The notes below the pieces were generated by a model. That model was not told the origin of the DNA. It did no database searches and saw nothing but the letters and a program-made list of their open reading frames with translations. DNA of 25,286 nt, taken from positions 1 to 25,286 of the forward strand of contig JAVHPP010000179.1 of assembly GCA_036170655.1 (NCBI GenBank), given 5' to 3'. Origin of the DNA: Candidatus Zixiibacteriota bacterium. GTDB lineage: Bacteria > Zixibacteria > MSB-5A5 > WJJR01. Position 1 is the stretch's first letter. Each line of letters begins with the position of its first letter. The translations under genes and the position numbers were made by a program. Shown in pieces: positions 1-7,150 of the stretch.

Positions 1-732
1 CAATCCTCTATCCTGGCGCGGCATCGATTGGTGGAACTTGCCATCGCGGTAGCAGCGGAATTCTCCGGCCAGCACCGTGACAATGACATGCGCATCGGCC
101 GAAGCGGCCCAGCGCTCTGTTACTCCGAGTTCGGCCTGTCTGACACCTTTTGCGGTGGCAACTTGGAGACCCTCCCGCGCTGTCTCAAAAAGAAAACGGG
201 ACCCATCGCAGCTGAATTTTCCGCCTTCGAATCGGTCAACCATGAGAGTATCCTGGCCATTTCCACGCGCATCATAGAATCTCAAAATCGCACCCGGCAA
301 ACCCTCGGCGCCGTCGATTCCGACGAAAGCGCCGCCTGCACCGGAGACTCCAGCGGACACAAACGGCGGCTTGTCGATGTGTGCCAGACGTTGTCCCTCG
401 GCGCTGTAGAGATCGAAGGCGATGGCATCCAGAGTCTTGGGCTGCGGATCAACATAGGTAATCACCCCAAGCACATGGCCACCGAATGGGGCAACGAGGA
501 GCTGGTTTCCTCGAAGCCCGAACGACTGCAACCGGTCGCCAGAGGACGAGAAGAATTGCAGTTGTCCTCCTGATGCCTTGGCCCAGCCACCGTCCGCCAA
601 GACCGCCCAGCGTCCGGCCTGACCGACATCGACACTGGACTCCACGTTGAAACTCCACCCGAACGCCACCGCAATCGATGAGAAAAATGCGGCGAGTACG
701 AGGACAACTCTGGGAACACTGGTCTTGGTCAT
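1..732 (-). CDS. Secreted beta-rich (possibly beta-propeller) hypothetical protein, 3'-truncated by the window edge
   Basis: Not in the ORF track. Hand translation from ATG 732 gives 244 stop-free codons to base 1: MTKTSVPRVVLVLAAFFSSIAVAFGWSFNVESSVDVGQAGRWAVLADGG...LQFFSSSG...FDLYSAEG...LRFYDARG...FSCDGSRFLF. The N-terminus looks like a Sec signal peptide (basic, hydrophobic core, AVA). Repeated strand-turn-Gly units. Confidence 0.8.
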   Translation of the reverse strand, partial: MTKTSVPRVVLVLAAFFSSIAVAFGWSFNVESSVDVGQAGRWAVLADGGWAKASGGQLQFFSSSGDRLQSFGLRGNQLLVAPFGGHVLGVITYVDPQPKTLDAIAFDLYSAEGQRLAHIDKPPFVSAGVSGAGGAFVGIDGAEGLPGAILRFYDARGNGQDTLMVDRFEGGKFSCDGSRFLFETAREGLQVATAKGVRQAELGVTERWAASADAHVIVTVLAGEFRCYRDGKFHQSMPRQDRGL

Positions 733-806
733 GGCACGCCATCAAAGGCGGGTAAAGCCGCCGACCTGTTGTTACACCAATATCCGGCGTTCCGCCCGGC
801 AATTCA

Positions 807-840
807 AGCCCATTTCGGACCGAATCAGCTCATTTCAGAC
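807..840. repeat. Imperfect 14-bp direct repeat, 20-bp period
   Basis: AGCCCATTTCGGAC (807-820) vs AGCTCATTTCAGAC (827-840), 12/14 identical, intergenic. Confidence 0.6.
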
Positions 841-874
841 AGGCCGACCACTCTGGAAGAGAGAGAAGAGTCTG

Positions 875-1354
875 TCAGAGCTTTAGATTGACTTGGGAAT
901 CTTGCCTGGGTTCGATGGTTTTTTCTGACTCCGACGTGCCAAGCGAGATCGTGGCTGGCGTCCTGACGGGAGGAAGGTCAAGAACACCAGTGAAAGCGAA
1001 ATTCTGTTTCGTGGGAACCCAGTGCACAGACATGTCGTGTGCGCTCTGAAATCGGCGGACGATTCTCAGGTACCTTTCGAGCGAGACGGGGACAGGCGCC
1101 TTACCGTTCAACTGGTAGACCATGAGCACGGCATCGGAACACGCCTCCATCTTCTGACGGGCGAAGATCTTGGGGTTATTCTCAGCAAAGTTGAGCAGGG
1201 CGATAAGGGCGAGGTATTCGCACTCGCAAGCAGTGCCCTGATGCGCGGCCCGGAATTGGATGCCAAGGTCCGGGATGGCAAACGACAGCACCCCTCGACC
1301 GATTCGATCTCTCTCTTCCACATTGTTTGTTCCCCAGACATAGCAGCGCATCAT
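875..1354 (-). CDS. RNase HI-like (RVT_3-type fold) protein, probably catalytically degenerate
   Basis: CEYLALIALL, CSDAVLMVYQLNG and VHWVPTKQN match the RNase HI patterns AEYxALIxGL, xDSxLVVxQxxG and HVxRxxN. Start moved to ATG 1354, which follows a strong SD (GGGGGAGG); the track starts at TTG 1420. Confidence 0.75.
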   Translation of the reverse strand: MMRCYVWGTNNVEERDRIGRGVLSFAIPDLGIQFRAAHQGTACECEYLALIALLNFAENNPKIFARQKMEACSDAVLMVYQLNGKAPVPVSLERYLRIVRRFQSAHDMSVHWVPTKQNFAFTGVLDLPPVRTPATISLGTSESEKTIEPRQDSQVNLKL

Positions 1355-1396
1355 TTCGGATCCTCCCCCCGTTGGACTTGGGGCAGGATTATACAG

Positions 1397-1412
1397 AGCA
1401 ATCAAAGTGCCG
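1397..1412 (-). promoter_or_regulatory. Candidate sigma54 (-24/-12) promoter
   Basis: Minus strand CGGCACTTTGATTGCT has exact GG-N10-GC spacing and resembles TGGCAC-N5-TTGCW. A perfect TATAAT (1393-1388) follows it without a properly spaced -35. Confidence 0.5.
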
Positions 1413-1460
1413 CTTGCCAAGGCCCTTACAGACCAACGACACTGAACGCAAGGCGTTGCG

Positions 1461-1473
1461 AATCAACTAATTG
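1461..1473 (+). promoter_or_regulatory. Candidate IHF binding site
   Basis: AATCAACTAATTG matches the IHF consensus WATCAANNNNTTR exactly, about 75-87 nt upstream of the start site implied by the sigma54-like motif. Confidence 0.4.
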
Positions 1474-1597
1474 CCAGCGAGTCATCAACTATAGGTTCAA
1501 ACACAGAACGGAGATCGAAGGTGGGTACGCAGATGTTTGCAGCGCAGTCGCAATCAGCATCTCCCCTTTCGCGCAGGATAACAGGCCCGATCCGATG

Positions 1598-2029
1598 TCA
1601 TTCCAGTGACTCCAGAAGGGCATCATGCATGGCGCCGGATGCTTCGACGTACTTGCCCGTACTCGATGCGAACAATTCCCCCTCGGGACTCCGTAGTTCC
1701 CCAACCGTCTCGAAGAGGCGCCCCCGTCGGCTGGTGATTTGTCCGGCAAGCTTGATCTTCTGACCGGTGGGAACTGCCTTTCTGAAGCGGACTTTCATCT
1801 CGGCAGTCAGTGGGTAGACGCCCTGTGCCAGAATCGCCTTGGCCATGATCTCGTCCAGCAGGGCGGCGACGATCCCACCGTGGAAGATATTCCTGTATCC
1901 CTGATACTGTGCCTCAGCGACGCATTCACCGACAGCCCCGTCGCCATCAGCAAAGAATCTGACCTTCAATCCGGTGGGGTTCTTGTCACCGCAGACGAAG
2001 CAGCCGGAATACTTGACGATTTCACGCAT
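1598..2029 (-). CDS. PaaI-family (hotdog-fold) thioesterase
   Basis: GCFVCGxxNPxGL N-terminal motif and HGGIVAALLDE active-site motif. ATG 2029 follows SD AAGGGGG; the track start at 2122 would include a terminator-like hairpin. Confidence 0.9.
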   Translation of the reverse strand: MREIVKYSGCFVCGDKNPTGLKVRFFADGDGAVGECVAEAQYQGYRNIFHGGIVAALLDEIMAKAILAQGVYPLTAEMKVRFRKAVPTGQKIKLAGQITSRRGRLFETVGELRSPEGELFASSTGKYVEASGAMHDALLESLE

Positions 2030-2058
2030 GATATCCCCCTTGCACATCGATAGACCAT

Positions 2059-2095
2059 GAAAAGACAACCCGCCTGGCTGTACGCAAGGCGGGTT
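2059..2095 (-). terminator. Probable intrinsic terminator after the lipoprotein gene
   Basis: Perfect 9-bp stem AACCCGCCT/AGGCGGGTT (2067-2075/2087-2095), then GTCTTTTC on the minus strand, about 25 nt after the stop at 2119. Confidence 0.6.
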
Positions 2096-2118
2096 ATTCC
2101 GGTTCGGAACCGCGTGGA

Positions 2119-2997
2119 TCAATCCTGGCAGACAGGCTGTGTCACTTGCCTGTGGAAATCACCGGAGTGGAAGTTCACATTGGCCGTTCCCTGCCCAGTA
2201 AAGACCGCGTCGGCCTGCCAGGCGCCGCTGGCTTGGGACCGGGTTTGGCCTTCGACAACATCGACATCCATGTCCAGCGTGACGCTCATTGCACCCGATG
2301 ACGGACACGCATTCGCCGAATCATTTGTGACCTTCACGTTGGCAACGTCCGCCTGCAGGTCCAGAGAGACGATGGCGGAATCGGCGTTCGCCATCGCATC
2401 GGCATCGATTGAGACCTGTACACTGCCATTGACAGTGACAACCGTGTCAGTCAGCCCGACGGCCGTCATCGTGCTTTTCCCCGATGTATTGAGCTTCAAC
2501 GACGTGTCACCAGGGGGTGTCTGAAGCAGGAACGTGCTCGAAGAGACATACTTGAACAAGTCTGTGGAATCGTTCGGCTGAATCTGCGGCCGACCCGAGA
2601 GTGTCGCGAAGCGAACCGAGTCGCGGAGTGTGATCTCCATAGTGCCAATTATACCGTTGTGCGCAGAGAGATGGGCATAGAGGATCCACCAGCCTTGCAG
2701 CTCTTCATATTGCAGACTGACAGAGTCGGACACCAGTGTCGTGCGTTTCCCCAGCGCTAACGGCGATGATTCAACCACGAGATCGCTCTGATCGACGCCA
2801 TCCCAGAACTTTGTCCCGAACTGTTCGACCACCAGCGGGACGACGCTCTCGAGATACGACTGCGCGACCACGTACTGCTGGTCCTTGGTCAGTGTGTTGG
2901 TATTGGTCCCCTTATTGCTCTTCGAACATCCCGACGTGAAGACGAGTCCGGTAACACAGACAGCCGTGGCCGCGACAACTCCATACCTCCGATTCAT
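2119..2997 (-). CDS. Uncharacterised lipoprotein (292 aa)
   Basis: SD GGAGGAGG before ATG 2997. MNRRYGVVAATAVCVTGLVFTSG|C is a type II signal peptide with lipobox, followed by an S/T/N/K linker and a beta-strand-rich body. Confidence 0.85.
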   Translation of the reverse strand: MNRRYGVVAATAVCVTGLVFTSGCSKSNKGTNTNTLTKDQQYVVAQSYLESVVPLVVEQFGTKFWDGVDQSDLVVESSPLALGKRTTLVSDSVSLQYEELQGWWILYAHLSAHNGIIGTMEITLRDSVRFATLSGRPQIQPNDSTDLFKYVSSSTFLLQTPPGDTSLKLNTSGKSTMTAVGLTDTVVTVNGSVQVSIDADAMANADSAIVSLDLQADVANVKVTNDSANACPSSGAMSVTLDMDVDVVEGQTRSQASGAWQADAVFTGQGTANVNFHSGDFHRQVTQPVCQD

Positions 2998-3016
2998 TGC
3001 AGTTCCCTCCTCCGTG

Positions 3017-4081
3017 CTATTTCCCGGTTCCGGCGAGCAGTTGGGCAATAATCGCGCCCTGAATCCAAAGGCGATTTTCGGCTTCGTCGAAGACCACCGA
3101 CTGCGAGCCATCCATGACATCATCAGTAATCTCGCGGCCACGTTCGGCGGGCAGGCAATGCTGGACGATGGCGTCTGGCTTCGCGTGCTTCAGCAATTGG
3201 GCATTCACTTGGAATGGCCGCAGCAACTCCGCTTTGCTGGATGCCTGATCTTTCTGCCCCATGGACGCCCAGACATCGGTGTAAACGACATCGGCGCCAG
3301 CGACCGCTTCGATGGGATCATGTGTGATGGTAATCCGGCTGAGTCCCGCCTGGCGCGCTGCTTCGACAATCTCCGGATCCGGCATCGTCCCGGGAGATGT
3401 ACCGAGACGCAAATCCAAAGGGATGCGGGCCGCGAGATCGGCCCACGAATGAAAGACATTGTTGCCATCGCCGAGGAAGGCCACCGCCAGATTATCGATG
3501 TGCCCCAAATGTTCCTGCGCGGTCATGATGTCGCCGAGCACCTGACAGGGATGGTGGGCATCGGTCAGCGCATTGATGATGGGGACCGACGCATGACGCG
3601 CCAGTTCCTCGATGTCGGACTGCTTGTAAGTGCGGATGACGATCAGCCCAAGATACCGCGACATGACCTTGGCGACATCGTGGATTGACTCGCGCACCCC
3701 CAGCTGGATTTCCCGGTCCGTCACAAACATGGGGTGCCCACCCAGCCGGAAGACAGCGGTCTCAAAACTTTGCCGTGTCCGCAGCGAGGGCTTATGGAAA
3801 ATCAACGCGGCGACTTTGTTTTCCATCGGCCGCGGGGCAACACGGCCGGCTTTCCAGCGCCGTGCCCAGTCGATCGTGGCACGAAGCTCTTCGGCCGTCC
3901 AGTCGCTGATCCGCAGAAAATCCTTTGCCGCAACACCCGCCGGCATTCCGGGCAATGCTGTCCTTCGTGGCTTCGAGGAAACCGCTGAACGCTTTGACGG
4001 GGCGGAGGATTTCGTCTTGGAAATCTTGGCAGCAGGCCGGTTCTTTGCGGCACCACCTGGTTTCGTCTTGCTCTTAGCCAT
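3017..4081 (-). CDS. argF: Ornithine carbamoyltransferase with basic N-terminal extension
   Basis: Carbamoyl-phosphate motif FHKPSLRTR, HPCQ, GDGNNV, ornithine loop DVWASMGQ, HCLP, AENR. Alternative start ATG 3946. Confidence 0.95.
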   Translation of the reverse strand: MAKSKTKPGGAAKNRPAAKISKTKSSAPSKRSAVSSKPRRTALPGMPAGVAAKDFLRISDWTAEELRATIDWARRWKAGRVAPRPMENKVAALIFHKPSLRTRQSFETAVFRLGGHPMFVTDREIQLGVRESIHDVAKVMSRYLGLIVIRTYKQSDIEELARHASVPIINALTDAHHPCQVLGDIMTAQEHLGHIDNLAVAFLGDGNNVFHSWADLAARIPLDLRLGTSPGTMPDPEIVEAARQAGLSRITITHDPIEAVAGADVVYTDVWASMGQKDQASSKAELLRPFQVNAQLLKHAKPDAIVQHCLPAERGREITDDVMDGSQSVVFDEAENRLWIQGAIIAQLLAGTGK

Positions 4082-4134
4082 ACTCTTTCAACCTGTGCTT
4101 GCCTGTGTCGCCAAATGCGATGGCTTCATCATTA

Positions 4135-5544
4135 TTATAGTATGTACCGGCTCAGATCTTCATCATCGACGATATCGCGCAAGGTCTTGTTCACATCGCG
4201 GCGGTCGAAGACGACCTTCCTGGACTTGATATTGGGCGCACGGAACATCAAGTCTTCCAGCAGGATCGTCATCACCGTATGGAGACGTCTGGCACCGATA
4301 TTTTCCGACCGTTCATTGACAAGATGCGCCGTCTGCGCGATTTCATCGATCGCGGCATCGGTGAATTCAATGTTGACTCCTTCCGTCGCCAGCAGCGCCT
4401 TGTACTGCTTGATGAGGGCGTTTTGCGGCTCGGTGAGGATACGGACAAAATCGGCTGCGCCCAGACTGTCGAGTTCGACACGAATGGGAAATCGTCCCTG
4501 CAGTTCCGGGATCAGGTCCGATGGTTTGGAAGTGTGGAATGCGCCAGCCGCGATGAAGAGCACGTGATCGGTCTTCACCATGCCGTACTTGGTCATCACA
4601 TTCGTGCCTTCAACGATGGGCAGGATATCGCGCTGGACGCCTTCACGGGACACATCCGGGCCGCCGCTTTTGGAACGATCACCCGCCACCTTGTCCAGCT
4701 CATCGACAAAGATGATGCCCGAGTTCTGGGCGCGTTCGATGGCCTGGCTGATGACATCGTCCATATCCACCAGTTTGTTGGTTTCCTCAGCGGCGAGGGT
4801 CCGGCGTGCGTCATCGACCGAGACTTTGCGGCGCTTGGTCTTCTTCGGCATCATGCCGGAGAACATCTCCTGAACATTGACACCCAACTCTTCCATCCCC
4901 CAAGGCGAGAACACTTCGACAACGGGATAGCGTCCGTTGGGCGTTTCGATCTCGATCTGCTTCCCATCCAGCAGTCCCGCCTTCAACTGTTCGCGCAGTT
5001 TCTCACGCGTGCGTTCCCATTTCATGCGTGCATCGCTGTCCACTGCCGGGTCCTGGCCCCGGTTGCGGCGTCCCATGGGTGGCAACAGGATGTCGAGCAA
5101 GCGTTCATCGGCGAGCTTGGCCGCCCGTTCGGCGACGACGACGGCCTTCTCCCGTTTGACCATGGTAACCGCAAGGTCAGTGAGATCGCGCACCATAGAC
5201 TCGACATCGCGCCCCACGTAGCCGACCTCGGTGTACTTGGACGCCTCAACTTTGAGAAAGGGGGCGCCAGCCAGCGCCGCCAAGCGCCGGGCGATCTCGG
5301 TCTTGCCAACCCCCGTCGGCCCGATCATAATGATATTGTTGGGGGCAATTTCGTCCCGGAGTTTGGGGGCGACCTTCTGGCGCCGCCAGCGGTTCCGCAA
5401 CGCGATGGCGACCGACTTTTTGGCTTTGTCCTGTCCGATGATATAGCGGTCGAGTTCCGTGACGATTTCCTGCGGTGTCAAATCCCCCGGAGAATTGATC
5501 CGCTCCATTATGTCCGTTTTCGCAGTGAGTTCTATTCCAGGCAT
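4135..5544 (-). CDS. hslU: ATP-dependent protease ATPase subunit HslU (ClpY)
   Basis: Walker A GPTGVGKT, pore loop GYVG, Walker [24 protein letters not shown]-terminal DLSRYIL. Confidence 0.98.
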   Translation of the reverse strand: MPGIELTAKTDIMERINSPGDLTPQEIVTELDRYIIGQDKAKKSVAIALRNRWRRQKVAPKLRDEIAPNNIIMIGPTGVGKTEIARRLAALAGAPFLKVEASKYTEVGYVGRDVESMVRDLTDLAVTMVKREKAVVVAERAAKLADERLLDILLPPMGRRNRGQDPAVDSDARMKWERTREKLREQLKAGLLDGKQIEIETPNGRYPVVEVFSPWGMEELGVNVQEMFSGMMPKKTKRRKVSVDDARRTLAAEETNKLVDMDDVISQAIERAQNSGIIFVDELDKVAGDRSKSGGPDVSREGVQRDILPIVEGTNVMTKYGMVKTDHVLFIAAGAFHTSKPSDLIPELQGRFPIRVELDSLGAADFVRILTEPQNALIKQYKALLATEGVNIEFTDAAIDEIAQTAHLVNERSENIGARRLHTVMTILLEDLMFRAPNIKSRKVVFDRRDVNKTLRDIVDDEDLSRYIL

Positions 5545-5553
5545 GAGAATCCT

Positions 5554-6102
5554 CTACAGAACTTCAATCGTGATATCCTTGTTCGTAAAGATGCAAATGT
5601 CCGCGGTAATTTCCAAAGCCGTCCGCACGATCGTCTCTGCATTCATTTTCGTATGGCGGATGAGCGCGCGCGCCGCCGCGAGCGCGTATGGCGCGCCCGA
5701 GCCGATGGTCAGCACACCGTCATCAGGCTCGATCACGTCGCCATTGCCCGAAATGATCAGTCCATGACTGCCATCCATGACCGCCAGCAGCGCTTCGAGC
5801 CGCCTGAGGTACTTATCCATCCGCCAGTCTTTCGCGAGTTCGACCGAGGCGCGGGGGAGGTTACCACTGAACTCGTCCAATTTCCCTTCGAACCGTTCAA
5901 ACAGGGTGAAGGCATCAGCCGCTGCTCCTGCGAATCCGGCCAGCACATGTCCATCCGCGAGACGGCGAACTTTCTGCGCCGTGTGCTTGAGAATTGTGTC
6001 GTCAAAGGTCACCTGGCCATCGCCACCCAAGGCAGTTTGACCGCGTAAAGTCATGCCCAAGATCGTTGTTGAGCGCCATATCGGCGCGGTATCGCCTCTC
6101 AT
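5554..6102 (-). CDS. hslV: ATP-dependent protease peptidase subunit HslV (ClpQ)
   Basis: TTILG nucleophile after a short propeptide, [30 protein letters not shown]; start overlaps the xerC stop. Confidence 0.98.
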   Translation of the reverse strand: MRGDTAPIWRSTTILGMTLRGQTALGGDGQVTFDDTILKHTAQKVRRLADGHVLAGFAGAAADAFTLFERFEGKLDEFSGNLPRASVELAKDWRMDKYLRRLEALLAVMDGSHGLIISGNGDVIEPDDGVLTIGSGAPYALAAARALIRHTKMNAETIVRTALEITADICIFTNKDITIEVL

Positions 6103-7013
6103 TTAGCAACCTTGTCTCCTGGAAACGCGTCGCGATAGACGCGGGCCAAGCGCTGTAAACTCGTGTGTGTATAGATCTGCGTGGTGCCGACATCCTGGTG
6201 ACCGAGCAACTCCTTCAGGGCCATGAGATCGGCGCCGTGATCAAGCATATGCGTGGCGAAGGAATGGCGCAACGCGTGAGGCGAGATTTGCCCCCCGATG
6301 GAGAACGCGAACGAGCGCTGGATAATGCGTGCCACCGACCGTCCGGTCAGGCGCCCTTCCTGATGGTTGACGAAAACCGGCCGCTGCGCGGCAGCCAACT
6401 CGACTGGCGAATGACACTTGAGCGCCGCGAGAGATCCGGCCAGATAATGACCGGTGGGAACGATGCGTTCACGGCTGCGCTTGCCGAACAGGCGCAGGGT
6501 TTGAGACTCGAAATCAAAGTCCGCCCAGTTCAGTCCCACGACCTCGCTCAGACGCGCCCCGGTTGCATAGAGAAGGACAACCAGACAACGGTTGCGAAGA
6601 TCCCACCGGGTCGTTCCCGGAAGCGATTCGAGCCACTCTTGCATATGTGCCTCGCCAACGAAGCGCGGCAGTCCCGGGGCAAACTTGACACCCGGCACGC
6701 GGTCGGACCAGTCCTGCGGTGTGATACCACGGCGATGCAGAAATCCGAGAAATGAGCGCAACGTGGCCGCAGTGCGTGCAATCGAGCGGTTCGCCAAACC
6801 GCCAACCGCCAAGTCCGCCAAGAAATTCTGGAAACGACGTGTGGTCAGTGTGCGATCCGTGGGTTCAAGCGGTCCCAGCTTGTGAGAAGTCAGAAAACGT
6901 TCAAGATCCCGGCGGTATGCCTCGGTCGTGTGGGCGGAGCAGCGGCGCGCTCCCGACAAGTCTTCCAGGAATCGTTCCTTCCAATAGGACAGGGTGTGAT
7001 CCATTGCAGACAT
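6099..7013 (-). CDS. xerC: Tyrosine recombinase, XerC type
   Basis: Complete catalytic set: YATGARLSE (R), GK (K), [20 protein letters not shown] (Y). Standard position between topA and hslV. Start 7013 or 7004. Confidence 0.88.
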   Translation of the reverse strand: MSAMDHTLSYWKERFLEDLSGARRCSAHTTEAYRRDLERFLTSHKLGPLEPTDRTLTTRRFQNFLADLAVGGLANRSIARTAATLRSFLGFLHRRGITPQDWSDRVPGVKFAPGLPRFVGEAHMQEWLESLPGTTRWDLRNRCLVVLLYATGARLSEVVGLNWADFDFESQTLRLFGKRSRERIVPTGHYLAGSLAALKCHSPVELAAAQRPVFVNHQEGRLTGRSVARIIQRSFAFSIGGQISPHALRHSFATHMLDHGADLMALKELLGHQDVGTTQIYTHTSLQRLARVYRDAFPGDKVAK

Positions 7014-7077
7014 ACAGAGTGGTCACAAAGCGCCGTGGCCGGCATCACCAACGTTGTTGCCGCCTCTGGCTGATCAC

Positions 7078-7106
7078 AAGATAGCACGCTGTTGCTGGAA
7101 AGACAA
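7078..7106 (-). promoter_or_regulatory. Candidate sigma70 promoter for xerC-hslV-hslU-argF
   Basis: TTGTCT (7106-7101)-N17-TATCTT (7083-7078), with an extended -10 TGn. Confidence 0.55.
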
Positions 7107-7150
7107 CGTCCGACTGCGGATCCGCTGATAACTTCGCCCGGATGGCTTCG

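Noticed and set aside
28..573. 181-aa plus-strand ORF and overlapping short ORFs
   Set aside because: Shadows of the minus-strand frame 732..1, which has a signal peptide and protein-like composition.
4279..6048. 589-aa plus-strand ORF
   Set aside because: Antisense shadow of hslU/hslV; long stop-free antisense frames are common in GC-rich genes and it shows no recognisable motifs.
6067..6102. N-terminal extension on HslV
   Set aside because: Short propeptides before the catalytic Thr are normal for many HslV/ClpQ proteins.
6099..7013. Tyrosine recombinase as the integrase of a mobile element
   Set aside because: It has XerC size and the standard topA-xerC-hslVU context, with no att repeats, tRNA or cargo genes.
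7075..7110. CIRCE (HrcA) operator upstream of xerC-hslVU
   Set aside because: Only a half-site-like ATAGCACGC is present; no GAGTGCTAA arm at 9-nt spacing.
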